This document shows, in pieces, positions 11,401 to 25,193 of a stretch of 64,000 bases of DNA. The notes below the pieces were generated by a model. The model did no database searches. It saw only the letters and a program-made list of their open reading frames with translations, and was not told where the DNA came from. Numbering within the stretch: position 1 is the first letter of the stretch; each line of letters opens with the position of its first letter. The DNA is from Gracilinanus agilis (lineage: Eukaryota). The DNA lies in the NCBI RefSeq assembly GCF_016433145.1, contig NC_058130.1:14076506-14140505 (forward strand), read 5' to 3'. Made by a program: the position numbers and the translations under genes.

Positions 11401-14400
11401 CTGGGCAAAGTATAAGCCAGTGAGCAGGGGGAACCTGGGCCCAGGAGGTCTCTGAAGAGATGCCCAAATGGCCTGAGTCTGCCGCAGAGAGGAGGAGGGC
11501 CTGGGCTGAAAGCCGCCAGGGGATCGCACCCTTCGGGGCTGAAGACGCATCACACGGAGCCCAGCGGTCATCCCTGCTCCTGGCTCCAGACCTTCCTCCT
11601 GGAGGCCCCGCGTCAGCCTCAAGCGAGCAGGCGTAGCCCCTGGTTTGGTCCAAGAAAAGGGGCCCACTAGGAGGCTGCTGAGGGCCTTGGCCTTGAGCCT
11701 GGCTAGTGGGTGGACTGCAGCTGGCCAGCGAGAGAGGACAAAGGCTGTGTCCCTGCCCAGGCCAGGCCAGAGACCAGGTCAGAAAACTCACCAACAATAA
11801 ATGCCCTTGCAGTAGTTAAAGCCCGGTTCCAGGGGGATGCGGCTGGACACCTTCTTGGACAGTTCAAAGAAGGCTGGGGCATCTTCAAGCTTCCCACTCC
11901 GTCTTAGCAGGTCAATTAGTTTGTTCAAAACTGCAAAATTATCTTAAACAAGAAAAAAAAAGGGCAGAGCCCCCATGGCCATCAGGGCCCCTGATATAGC
12001 GTCCCGGATCCCGGAGGACCCATGGAAGGGGAAAGCTAACTAGGGGCAAACCTTCGGGGCTCCCCCTGGTGAGGGCAATGTGCTAGCAACAGAGAGAGAA
12101 TTGGGCGTGCAAAGATGCCAGCTGATGGGATGAGAACTCACTATCTGACAAAAATGGCTGGGAAAACTGGAAACAGTATGGCAGAAACTAGGTACAAGCC
12201 AGCATCTCACACTCGCCACCAAGATAAGGTCAAAATGGGGATACGATTTAGACAGAAAGGGCAAAGCTATAAATAAATCAGGGGAACATACAGTAGTTTC
12301 CCTGGCAGATCTATGGAGAAGGGAATACTGTCTCTGGAGACGGAATACTTATGACCAAATGAGAGACAGAGAACATTACAAGAGGCAAAGTCAATCATTT
12401 TGACTCTATTAAATTGAAAAGTTTTTGTACAAACAAAACCAATGTAACCGAGATTAGAAGGGAAGCAACAAAACAGGAAAAAAATATTTGTACCAAATTG
12501 CCCTGATTAAGGTCTCATTTCTCAAATCTACAGAGAAGTCAAACATAGAAGAATATAAGCCATTCTCCAACTTACAAATGGCCAAAGGACATGAATGATC
12601 GATGTTCAGATAAAAAAATGAAAGCCATCAATAATCAGATGAAAAAATGTTCTCAGTCACTGTTGATTAGAGAAATGTAAATTAAAACAACTCTGAGGTA
12701 CCATCTCCCACTCATCAGATTGGCTGATGTGATAATAAAGGAGGGTAATAAATGTTGGAAGGGATATGGCAAAACAGGGACACTAATGCATTGTTGGTGG
12801 AGTTGTAAACTGATTCAGTGATTCTGAAGGGCAATTTGGAACTATGCCTCAAAGGTCTATAAAACAGTGCATATCCTTTGATCCAATAATAGTACTACTA
12901 GGTCTGTATCCCAAAGAGAATTTTTTTTTAAAGGGCCAGGGGAAGACCTACTTGAACAAAAATACTTATAGCAGCTCTTTCTGTGGTGGCAAAGAATTAG
13001 AAAGTGAGGGTCTGTCCCTCAGTTGGGGAGTGGCTGGACAAATTATGGTATAGGTTGGTGATGGAATACTGTTGTGCTGTAAGAAATGATACGCAAGAGA
13101 ATTTCACAAAAAACTAGAAAGATTTGCATGAACTGATGCAGAGGGAAATAGGTAGAACCGGGAGAACATTGTGCCCAGGAACAGCAATATTGTGGGATGA
13201 TCCAATTGTGATAGACTTAGCTGCTCTCAGCAATACAATGATCCAGGACAATTCTGAAGGACTTCTGACAGGGAATGCTCTCCACCCCCAGAGAAAGAAC
13301 TGTTGGGAGTCAGATACCAATCAGTGCAGACTATTTTTCACTTTAGTTAATTTTTTTTCCCAGCTCATTTATTTTGGGGGTTGGTTTTATGAGTAGTCTC
13401 TTAAAACAATAACCAATATGGAAGTATGTTTTGCATGATCGTATATGTATAACCCGGATCAAATTGCTTATCATCTCTGAGAGGGGGGAGGGAAGGAAGA
13501 GAGGTAGACAATTTGGATCTTATAGCTTAAGAAAATGTATGTGGAAAATTATTACATGTAATTGGGAAGACAAAATATCTTTAAAAGAAAAAGAGAGAAT
13601 TGAGTCTGGAGTATGAAGCCCCAGGCTCAAATTCTGCCTCCTACTACCTAGAAAAGTCAATTTCTCTACACACTTTTCCTCATCTGTAAAATGAAGGGAT
13701 GCACCAGCCCTAAAGATCCTCTGTGGCTCTGAATCTGTCTCCCTCCAAGCCCCAGGAAGGTGTACCAAATGACCCTGGAATCTCAGGTGGATTAAAGCAA
13801 GAGCATTTAGGGGGCAGCTGGGTAGCTCAGTGGATTGAGAGTCAGGCCTAGAGACAAGAGGTCCTAGGTTCAAATCTGGCCTCAGACACGTCCCAGCTGT
13901 GTGACCCTGGGCAAGTCACTTGACCCCCATTGCCTACCCTTACCACTCTTCCACCTAGGAGCCAATACACAGAAGTTAAGGGTTTAAAAAAAAAAAAAAG
14001 CAAGAGCATTTAAAGGACAGCTGCCCCAGGCCCAATAGACAAAGCCCTGCTTTGCATTATAAATTGTATTATAAACTTGACTTTCCTTGAGGGTAGAAGT
14101 TAAAGAACAGTCCCAGGTGGAGGAAGGCCTGCCTACACATGCTGACTTTAGGACTTATGGGATGCCCTGCATCACTGCAGAATGCCAGCCTTGGGTTTTA
14201 AGGATGCGTGGGGGATAGGAAAAGCAAGACCAGAGGCCCCCTATTTGAGAAGGAGCCTCTGGATGGTGCTGCCATTGCAGATCCTGCTCCGGATGATTTC
14301 TTGCAGGGAGAGGGATAGCCAGTACTGCCCTGGGGAGGGGATAAGATCTCAGGGAGTAAAATAAGGTCTTTGAGGGAAGCAGGGGGTGTTAGGCCACAGT

Positions 14401-17400
14401 TTAATTCTCTCAAGTGAGAGATGCATCTCCAAGAGACACCTGGTACCAACCCACCATGCAGTCTCGCTGTCATCTGAGGTGAAGCGAATCGTCAGAATGG
14501 AGCCTCCAGGACTCCCCAGGGCTCACTATCAAGCCCTGGACTCCGATGAGCTCCAGTCTTGTCCCACATCACCAACTGCCTGATGGCCTTCTCTACCCAG
14601 ATGTCTGGGAGGTATCAGGCACAGAGAGTGTCTAAAACCAAGATCTCTACAACTCCCCCAGCCCCAGAAACCCTTACTCGTCCCCTGAATTTACGAGAAA
14701 CAGGGAGGACGGGAGAAGGGTGGGGGCTGGAGAGAGTTACATTTTGGATGTGGTAAATCTGCCGTGTTAATGGGCCACTGGGGGGGGGGGGATCGCCTGT
14801 TGGAGAGTTCAGAAGAGAGACTGAGGTGGGACCTCTGGATTTGGAAGTCATGTGCATAGAAGTAATTCATCTATGAGCTAAAAAGCATCTCTTCAGCTAA
14901 AAAGGGATCTCCTCAGAATCATGGCCCTACAGCAGGAAAACGCTTTTACAGATGAGGCCACTGAGAGGCCCAAGGAAATTAGATGCCTTCCTGCAGGGCA
15001 CATGGCTGGCAAGTTTCTGAGGCTGCCCGCAATCAGGGTCTCCCCTGGCTCAAGTCCAACATCCTTTCCAATACACTGAGCAGCTTCTCTTTGTGGCCAA
15101 AAGGAAGGGGAGGGCAGAGGATCAACCCTGGGGCACATTTGTGCTTCTGAAGCAGGGACTTCCTAGAAGACTTTCAGGGACTTTCTTAGGCAGGCAGAGA
15201 AGCAGCAATTCTGATCCCTATTTAAAATAAATGGAAACTGAGCCTCTCAGAGGTCCAGTGAGTATCCTGGACCAGATGGAAGAAAGGACAGGAAGGAAGG
15301 CAGAGCTGTTACCTGGGGCCTTTTCAAGAACTTGACGGTATAGACTGATGGCTGTTTCATATTTCTGTTTTCTAAACATCAGGTCTGCCATCATCTACGA
15401 GAGAATGGATGTGCCTTTTAGCTTTCATTTCAGTTGGCATAAGGGCCCCTTTGGGCATTGAAGGTCAAGAACACAGGAATGCAAACTTTGACCATTGGAA
15501 GCTTAAAGGTTGTACTGAACAGAGAGGCCTGTGAGAAGCCCAGCTGCTCCACTCACCCCAAGCTCTCTGGGTGGATAGAGTTCCCAGCCCTCTGCCTCTG
15601 TCCCTCCCAGCAGCTTCCCTATAGCCAGTGCTGACTCTCCCTGAAATCTCTAAGGGAGGCCTCAGTCTCACTCCCTACCAGTGTCTTCTTTTCCATCACT
15701 CTGGTCCTCAAGGACCTGGTCCCTGGGAGCTGGGGAGACAGTGGAGTCCGAGAGCAGCTAGAGGCCGAGCTCTCTCGACCCTCCCCAGGACAATGCTGAC
15801 ATTATGGCAGCCCATTCCCAATGATGCCAGGGCCTGGGTAGGCTCTTTGCCTCCTTCCTTCTCCCTCCGCTCCCTCAACTGAGGCCAGGCAGGGGCGAGG
15901 GTGAAGGCTGGGGGCAAAACTAACAGCAGTCAGTAATTCTGAAATGGGTCTGATGGTAAAGGGAGAGGCAGTGGAAGCTTGGCTAACATGAGGTCTTTGG
16001 ATTGTTTGTGGATTTAATTTATTCAGAGGCTTGTTAGCCTGTCCCTCCAAACTAAGGGCAGTCAAAAGGTGGGGGGCTCGCTCGAAGAATGCCACTCTCG
16101 CTCTCCAAACTATGGCTTCTCACCTCAGTCCTCCTGGGCAAGGATTACTCCCCTTCTCTTGCCCGTGGTGCCTGGGGCTGGCACACCTCCTTTCTGGGCT
16201 GCTGCCCGCTTGCTGCTCTCAGGGAGGGTATGGCTAGAGAGACACTTTGGTGTGCTGGGAGCATGCCTATTTGTACCATGGGAAAAGCAAAGGGACCCAC
16301 TACAAAGGGCCACACAAAGTGTCCGTGTGGACTGTTGTTTGGACTCACGAATGGTCTAAGAGGCTTTGTTTCTCCCATGGGATATTTCTCTTGAGAAGCA
16401 TGGGAAAAAAGCTGAGGCACATTCTGAATCCAACCCATGCCTCTGCCTGGAAGTGTGGTACCAGGGGAGGAGCTGCCCACTGTGGAGAGAAGACAGACGC
16501 CTTCGGCGGCCCAGAGAGGGGAGCCCTTACCACGGAGGCCGTCTCGTGGCTCTGGTCACTCTGCAGGAGAACGGCACAGTGATGCTCGCAGGCATCCAGG
16601 TCCCCTTGGATCAGGTAGAGCTGGGCCAGCTCCAGCGTTACCTGGGGAGACAAGGGCAACCATGGAGGAAGGTGGCAGCTCATGGCAGAGGCCCATTTTG
16701 TCAGGAATTCTCATCATCTGTTACTTGGCCCACTGGGGTGGGGGCACTTGGGGCTCCTGGGGTCTCAGTCTCCATAATGGCTGGATCCTTCCATTTCCAA
16801 ATCTGTGATCACAAGATGTGTTAGATGGGTGACTATGTGTGGGTCACGTCAGCCCCTTGAGCTTCCCTTTGCTCCTCTGTGAGATGGGGGTAAGAATGTT
16901 TATCCTTTTATCAGGTGGTTGTGATAGAAAGTGGGGGACCTGAGGGTAGCTCAGTGGCTCCCTGGAGAGAGAACCAGGCCTACAGACAGGAGGTGCTGGG
17001 TTCCCTTCCTAGTCATGAGACCCTGGACAAGTCACTTAACCCCCATTGCCTAGCCCTTACTACTCTTCTGACTCAGAACCAACACAGTATTGATTCAAAG
17101 ATGGAAGGGAAGGATTGAAAACCACAGTGAGGGGCCATATGGATCCTCCTTTGTATACCAACCCCCTGGTTCCCTGAAGCAGGTATCTGGCTACCCAGAC
17201 ATCTAAGGAACTGGTGCGTCTCTGCTCCCTCTTTTAAAGGCCATTTCCAGAATGTGGCTCATGTGTGTACAGACAGGGCTCAACTAATCACCCTGAAGAG
17301 GCCCAAGCAGAGTCTCAGTGGGGATGATCTCTCCAGTCAATCCATCAACAAGCACCTATTGTGCACCTAGTGCATGTCAGGCCCTGGGGATACAAATGAG

Positions 17401-20400
17401 TCAGTCTCTGTCCTTGAGAAGCTTCTATTCCAGGGGGTGGGGGAGACTGCAAAGACCCAGACTGAGTGTGCCTGAGGAGAGGGGAGTGGGGAAAAGCCTC
17501 CTCCTTGAACCCTGTTCAAGCCAGATCTGAGGCTCCCTTGGTCCAAGCCTCCTGCCTTCTCTTCTAGTCAGTATGGGGGCCGGCCCTAAGTTCCCTGGGG
17601 TCCAGCAATCACTGTAACACCCCACTGCTCCCACAAGACCCTATAAGCTCTCCTTTGGGCCTCCCAGCCTGTGGGAGCTCATTCCATCCAGCACCTCTGC
17701 CTGGAACATTTCATGGACCAGGACCCATGCCCAGGCTCCTCAGACACCAGTTAGGTGTTTGGAGTCAGCCATCTGGAAGGCCCTTTCTAAATGTTCAAAG
17801 GACCTTTAGAACCAGCCCCAGACCACAGGAACAAACACTGGACCTGGGAGCAGGGCTGGGAAAATGAGAGCTACGTCCCCCAGGGGTAGGGGAGGATGAG
17901 GAGGTGGACTTTCTGATAGAGGCCAAAGGCTGGGCTGCTCCTGGTTGCTTGAGGAAAGCATTCCAAGGCTGCCAGGTCTCTTTATATAAAACTATTTATT
18001 GCCCTCACCCAGACTGGCCCTGTGCTCCCTTGCACTTATCCTGGAACTCACAGGCACCTCTGGGCTCCTTTGAACTCCAGTCCTGCCTCATCCTCTGCCT
18101 GCTGGACAAGACTGTACTGATAACCCAAAGCCTTTCAGAATCAACTCATTCAAATGCAACTCTTCATCTTGCCCCTCAAACCTGCCCTCCTCCAGATTTC
18201 TGTGGAGGGCCCCACCACCCTTGCAGTCCCCAAGCTCCACCTACTCACTCACTCTCTCTCTCTCTCTCTCTCTGGCTGACATGTTCCTTGGAGGCCTCTA
18301 GGACTCTACCCTTTTCCTTATCCCCTACATCCCATCCCCTCAGGCACCAAATCTTGCCTGTCTCTGGCCCTTCTCTCCCCCCATGGAATGCCTCTGCTTG
18401 GGCCCCCATTGCTTCTCACCCACATTCCTAATTCGTCTCCTTGCTCTCGGGTTCTTCCTTCTCTGATCCAGTCTCCAAAAAGCAGCCAAATTAAACTTCC
18501 TAAGGGCCAGGTCTGCTGAAAATCCATAGCTCCCTAGTGCCTCTAGGACAAAAGCAAACTTCTCTGCCTGGTGTTTTTAAAGTCCTCTACAATCCAGCTC
18601 CCATGGGCCTTTCCAACCTGACTTCTTGTCATGATTCTCCACACTTCACTTGGAATCTTCTGTGTTTTTGGGTGGGTGGTTCCTTCTATGACCCACCATA
18701 TCTACAACGCCTTTTCCGCATTACCTTCAAGGGTCCATCGTACAGGAAGTCTTTGCTGGCCTCGCCACTTGTGAATGCTCCCCCCCTCTAAAGATTACCT
18801 TCTGTTTACTTGGGCATGTGAATTCCTTAGACCCTGTGCCCATTCCCCCCAGGGGCCTCCCCCCTCCAGAGCACAGGGTTCTTGAGGCTGGGATTGTTTG
18901 GGTTTTGTCTTTGTTCTCCAGAGCTTGGCACATTGTCTAATAAATAAAATAAATTGGTCATCCAGGTCTGTCGATAAGCACTTATTCTGTGCTTTTCTAG
19001 GTGCCAGGCACTGCGGGTCCAGAGAAAGTTGAAAACAAGGTCCCTGCCCCCTGGGCTGGAGGCACAGGGCTACTTTCCTCCCCAAGAATCCCATCAATGG
19101 AAAAGCTCATCATCCCACAAGCTCTATCCTTGGGACTCACCTCACTGGCACCTTCTGCCCCTCCGATTGGAGGGCAGGACCACCCCCTGCAAACCTCCAT
19201 TTAAGGAGGGGGCCTGGGCCAGCCATCTTTCCACGTCCCACCTAGCCTAGGAGTTCTTGGGACTACTCCACCATGTTGGGGACCTCCTCATGTCCCTCCT
19301 TTTCAGTCCCCTATTGGGTGCTGTGTTCCCCCATGAGAATGGAAGCTCCCTGAAGGCAGGAGCTCTTTTTTGGATTGGTGCTTAATAAATTTAGCCTGAC
19401 ATTCTAGCGGCAGTCAGCAGGTGCCTCTGAGATCCGTCCATAAGAGCAGACCGAAGAGCCGCTGGGGGAGCCCGGGAAAGAGCTCCCAGGCACTCTGGGG
19501 CTGGCTCCCATTGGCTTGCTCAGGCCCCTTCCGAGGGCATTTTGCCACACGAGACAAGAGCATGGTGGAAAAGAAGAAAAGCAGGACAAGCCTTCCATTT
19601 CTGTTTAGGGCCCTTCTGGAAGGCCTCTGCTGGAGGAGGAGGCAGAGCCCAAGGGGAGCCCCCAGCATCCCATCCATCTCCACCCCCAGCTGCTCTCCCT
19701 CCCCCGCCCTTACTTTGTTGTCTATGGGGGAGTAGGACAGGGCGTCCTTATAGGCCTTGACAGCCTTGATGTAGTCCTTGTCCGAGAGGTGCTGCTCCCC
19801 AAACTGGGCGCAGATGGAGGAGGCCAGCTGCTTCTGGGAAGGAAGGATCTCCGGCTGCTCCAGGGGGACTCGCTTCAGGATTCTCGCCTGGATGTCCAAG
19901 GCCTGCAGGGAGGATGGGGGCGTCCTTCAGATGGGCCCCTGGGCACTGCCCGGTGACTCAGGAAGGTTCCTGAGGCAGGATTCAGGGACCGCGGAGCGCT
20001 GGCCCATTACTGACTCCATCACAGAAGCACTGGCCGACAGAGCCAGACGGGAATCTCCGCTCCCCCTCCCCTCCCCCACAAGGGTCCTTACCCTTTGGGT
20101 TGGGGACCCCTCGACGTCAGCGGTCCAGCACCGCCCCCCAAAGAGCTTCCCGTCCACACCTGCTGTCTACACCTACGCTACCTTGTTCAGAGTCTCCATC
20201 ACCTCCTCCTTTTTGTGGTTCTTATACACTTTGGCCAGCAAAAGCAAACACTTGACGTCGTTCATCATGGAAGGGATGTCATTCACTGGAAAACAGAGGA
20301 GCCTGTCAGGAGTCTCCGCTTCACGTGAGCCCTCGCAGACCCCGCCCCCATGCCCTTGCGCATGCGCACAAGCTGTCCCGAGAGCCCGCGCGCACGCGCG

Positions 20401-23400
20401 CACCGAAGTCGTGGTCCAGCGCCTGCTTCAACACTTTCTCGGCCTTGTTGAACTTCTTAAGCTTCAGGAGCAGCTCGGCCAGGTCGCAGCACAGGAAGTC
20501 CTGGCCGCTGATCTTCTGGGCAGCCTCGTAATAATTGATGGCCTTAATGAGGGAAAGACACGGGTTCAGCGGGGCTTCTGCAAGAGCCCCGGGCCGGAGC
20601 CCCTCTCCGGGCCGCCTAGGATCGCCCTCCTCGGTGCCCGGGGCCGTGCCTGGCTGGGGCCCGGCCGAACCGGAGCCGCGCCCCGCCTCTTTGCCCCAGC
20701 GGCCCCGGCCCGCTGACCTTGTTATACTGGTGAGTTTTCACGTAGGCTTGCCCAATCCTGCTGACCAGGGAGGCGTCGTGAGGATTCTTCCGGTAAGCCT
20801 CATCATACACCTCCAGAGCCTTCTCGGGCTGCCAAGAGAGGGTGCAGAGAAAGGTGGGGTTCGGCCCCGCCCCCTCCAGCGCCTCGAGGGGCGGCCGGGG
20901 GAAGCCTCACCTCCTGAATGTTCATGAAGGCGTCGCCCAGGAGGAGGCTGGTGTGGGGGCCTGGCAAGTGTTCGCAGAGTTCTCTGCAAAAGAAAGGGAA
21001 GGCCATGAGGCTGCCTGGTGGGACCCGAGTGGAATTCCAGGGCCTCCTCCAGCCCCCTCCAGCAGCCTGTTTTCACACACGAGGGAGCTGAGGGCCAGAG
21101 AAGGGAGGGGAGCAGTCCTACGGGGAGGGAGCACCCCAATCGGGGGGAATCCTTCCCATCTGAAGGATGAGAAGCCACTGTGAAGTGGCCTGGTATAGAC
21201 TTGGGGCTCCCCGCCTCCAGCTTGGCTTCCTCCTCTTCACTCCCAGATGGCTTCAGTCCACTTTCCAGGTCTCCTTCTACTCTGCGGGCCCATCTCCATG
21301 CCTTTGCCCCAGCACCTACCAGGGTGTCTGGACAAGCATACAAGGCTGGTGGATGGCCCCCTGTCTTTGCTTCCCAAAGGGAAGCTGCTCCTCCAGCTGA
21401 GAGACTGAATTCCCTGGGCAGGTTTGGGGAGGGCCCCAGGCTCCTGGTCCCACTTCCCAGAGAAGAGGCGGGTCTGGCTGTCTCTTCTCCCCTGGGCCAC
21501 CCTTAAGAACTGACTTGGCTTGAAGGTATGCAAAGCTCCAGACACCTTATCTCATCTGATCTTCCTCATTTCTTTGAGGGGAATTAGCTCCATTTTACAG
21601 ATGAAGAAACTGGGGCTTAGAAAAGCTAGCTGCTTTGTCCTTGGTCACACAGCAGGGAAGTGTCAGAGAGGAGTCAGGCCCAGGAGCTCTTTCTGTGCTA
21701 GGAGGGCTGCCTCCTTTGGCCACTGAAGGACAGCAGCAGCAATCCTTATATCCATGCAGAAGGCCACCACTAAGAAGGGCTGGAGTGGGAGGGATTCTGA
21801 GGGCACTGACCCTGGCTTTTAATTGCAGCCCAACATCCTTCCTGCCTTAGGGGCAGCTGGGTGCTGAGGGAGGACATGGGAGGGTCTTCCCTTGATCACA
21901 ATCATCATCCTCTGGTTTTCCAGCCCACAGTGCTCACCACAGCTGAGAAGGCGAGGTGAGCCCCTTCCTCTATCTCTGGGCCCTCATCTCCCAGCTTTTT
22001 ACCCTTCACCTCCATTGATCAGCAGGTTCCCCTCTAATCCCAAGGCCTGAGAATGCCCAGGCAGGAGTCCTGTGAGAAGTCCTCAGTGTCTTGGGCCTTA
22101 GATTCTCAACAGAGCATCCCTGGTGTTTAGCCTGGTGCCTGACAAGTCTTCATTCATTCATTCACTGGGGCTAGTTTGGGGTCCTTCCATTAAAAAAGCC
22201 CCCTGAGACACAGACGACACGAGGCATACTGGGGAGAGGTCAGAAGTCACAGGGAGCTGGAGCCTCTTGGGGGAGACAGACTTGGGGGAGAAGACCTCAT
22301 CTCCCTGTCTGGGACCGAGCAGATATTCCTCATTTCCCTGAGATGAGACAGGGATTGAGGGGAGGGGAGTCTAAATTTCTAGGGGGGTGAAGGAGCCCAA
22401 GGGGGTGTGGACAAGGGTCTGGGAAGGCTTGGGAGCAGCTCCTCTGAGAAGAGAGTAGATGATGGGGGAAGCCTTGAGGCATCTTCCTGGCTGTCCCTTG
22501 ACTCTATTCTCACCATGCCCTGGAAATACCAGAATCTCAGCCACTGGCCAGTAGGAGAAATGGGAGGAATGTCCTGTGGCAGGACAGGAATGGGCGGAGG
22601 TAGATATGGTATAGAAGGGGCTGGGCTTCTGTCCTAGGGACCCTTTTTTTTTTACCCTTGATTTTAAACCTTTCCCTTCCTTCTTAGAATCAATACTGTA
22701 TATTGGTTCCAAGGCAGACTAGTGGTCAGGGTAAGGCAATGGGGGTGAAGGGACTTGTCCTGGGCCACCCAGTTAGGAAGTATCTGAGGCCATATTTGAA
22801 CCCAGGACCTCCATCTCTAAGCCTGGCTTTCCATCCAACTGAGCCACCTAGCTATGTGGAAGGACCCATTTTCTTGAAGGTTACAGGAATGTTGAGAGGA
22901 GGGCAGCCTCATGGGAATTTTTAACTTCTAGGAGGATGTGGCCTGGGAGGTCTGGAGAATTTGGAGTGGGCAACACTGGAAGTCTCTGACGAGATTTTTC
23001 TTTTGAATCCTCTGTAGAGGCAGTGTTTCATAATGGTTAGAGAGCTGGTCTGAGGCCAGGGCTGAACCTCTCCTCAGATACATGCTAGCTGGGGGACCCT
23101 GCCTGAAGGAGCTTCCAGGAAACTAAGACAGGGAGGGGCTTTTCCCAGGAGTCTGGGAACCTGTTTTATTTTTTTGGGGGGGGGTTTGGTAACTGTGTTT
23201 CATCATCAAGGGTTTCCATGATTTACAATTCTGTGTATTTTATTTCATGTGTTTAAACACTGCTCTGCAACAGCGTCCACAGGCTTCCTGCTGCGCCAGG
23301 AGATGCCCCTACTCACTCTGAGATGTTCAGGTGCTGAGGTACCTGTTTATACCCGTGGTGGGAGCTCCCTCTTTACCCCCTTCCCCTTCTCTGGAGGTGG

Positions 23401-25124
23401 CTGCCTTCTCCCTTCTGGTAGTTTGTACCAGCCCAATTTCCTGCTGAGATTTCTGGAAAATTTCTCCATTTTCCCATATCCCTCTGTGGGTGGCAGAGAC
23501 GATGGGCAGAGCCAAAGCCACCTCGTGTCTCTAGATAGAAGCTGAACCTTGGATCAAGCTCCATCGTCCCAGGGCTGGCCCACTGGGGTGGAAGGCAAGG
23601 ATGGCCAGTGAGACGATCCTGCCTCCGGCCCATAGCTGTATCTGACCCAGAGAAGGAGCCTCACACTATTTCTGTTCTGCCCACTGTGGCTCAGTTGGCT
23701 GGACTCCCAAGGGCTCTAGTCCTGCCCATCCTGACGCTCATGGAGGGTCCTGGAGCTTTCGCTCTCATGGGATCTTCGGATGCTGCACCGTGGCTGCAGA
23801 ATCAATGGTAGCTTGTCTTCTCCACCTGCCCCCAGCCGGCCCTACTTTTGTCCTGGGTCCCCACCAGGGGACTGACCCTCCCTGGAAGATTTCCATGGGT
23901 GACCCATGCCTAAGAGACCTCAGAGCACCCATCATGCTGCAGAGAGGCAGTTGGTAGTGCCCCAGGGGAGAGAGCTCCCCACCATCTGAGTCAGGAAGAC
24001 CTGGGCCCCATCCAGCCTCAGATACTTAGTAGCAAGTCTCTCAATAGCTGCTTGCCTCAGTTTCCTCATCTGTAGAATGAAGGGCTTGGTCCTAACCTCC
24101 AAGGGCTCTTCTAACTCTAAATCTGGAACCCCTACATCTGTGTATAAAACAACATTCCTAGCTGGCACAGCAGATAGAACACTAGATTTGGAATCGGGGA
24201 GTCCCAAGTTCAATCCAGCCTTAGAAACTTAGTTCTGTGGGACCTGTGGGACGCAGGGCAAGTCACTTACCTGTTCTTTTGCCTGAGTTTCATTTGTAAA
24301 ATGGGGATCACAACACTCCCTACTTTTCATGGGGTTGTGAGGATCAATGGAGATAACATTGATTACTTGGATGACTTAACTCGCCCTTGAAGAACTATAG
24401 AAATGGGGGCAGCTGGGCAGCACAAAGATTGCATTGGATTTTCACAATAGCCATGGGAGGTGGGGACTGTTATGATTCTTATTTTACAGTTGAGGAAACT
24501 AAGACAAATAGGGTTAAATGACTTGCCCAGGGTTACATAGCTGATAAGCGCCTGATTCTGGATTTGAACTCAGGTCTTCCGGCCTGGCTCTGTCCACTCC
24601 AGCTGTCTCTTTATGTGATGGAGCTTTTTCTGAAGAAAAGGGGACAGCTACAGCCCCTGAAGTCTGCTGTGGCTTCGTCCCCAGTGCAGGCTGTGCTGCT
24701 TGGTGGCTGGAACATTGACCTCTGGAGCCTTACCTGCCTCCCTTGGGGGATGCTGCGCCCCAGCCCCTGGCCAGCCCCCAAGCCCTCTGTGGTGAGGGTG
24801 GGGGGCTCTGCCCGCATTACCGGTAGCAGCCAATGTAGAGCCGGATGTCCTTGCGCGTGTGAAGATAAATGTGCGCCATCTTCTCCTTGGCCTCCGTGTA
24901 GTAGGGTTGCTTGGGCGTGATGTTCCGCAGCATCCCCAGCGCCATCTCCACATTGCCCTTGCTCAGGGCCAGGTCCACGTTGGCAATGGTGATGCGGATC
25001 TCCTCGGGGGTGCCGCTGAACTCGTTGATGGCGTCCTGCATGATCTTGGTGGCTTCGTGCTGAAACAGTGAACATAACCCAGAGCAATTAGGAATGATGG
25101 GAAAATGGATCGGCCAAGCGTGCA

Positions 25125-25193
<69 letters not shown>

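Larger units (their letters stand above)
20286..20950. promoter_or_regulatory. Intragenic CpG-rich segment with a perfect NRF1 palindrome TGCGCATGCGCA (20357-20368)
   Basis: Dense CpG in introns 16-18; exact NRF1 consensus in intron 18, plus GCGCGCACGCGCGCAC next to the donor. Confidence 0.45.

Noticed and set aside
19903-20181. In-frame retention of TTC21A intron 19 (279 nt)
   Set aside because: The third codon of the intron is TAG.
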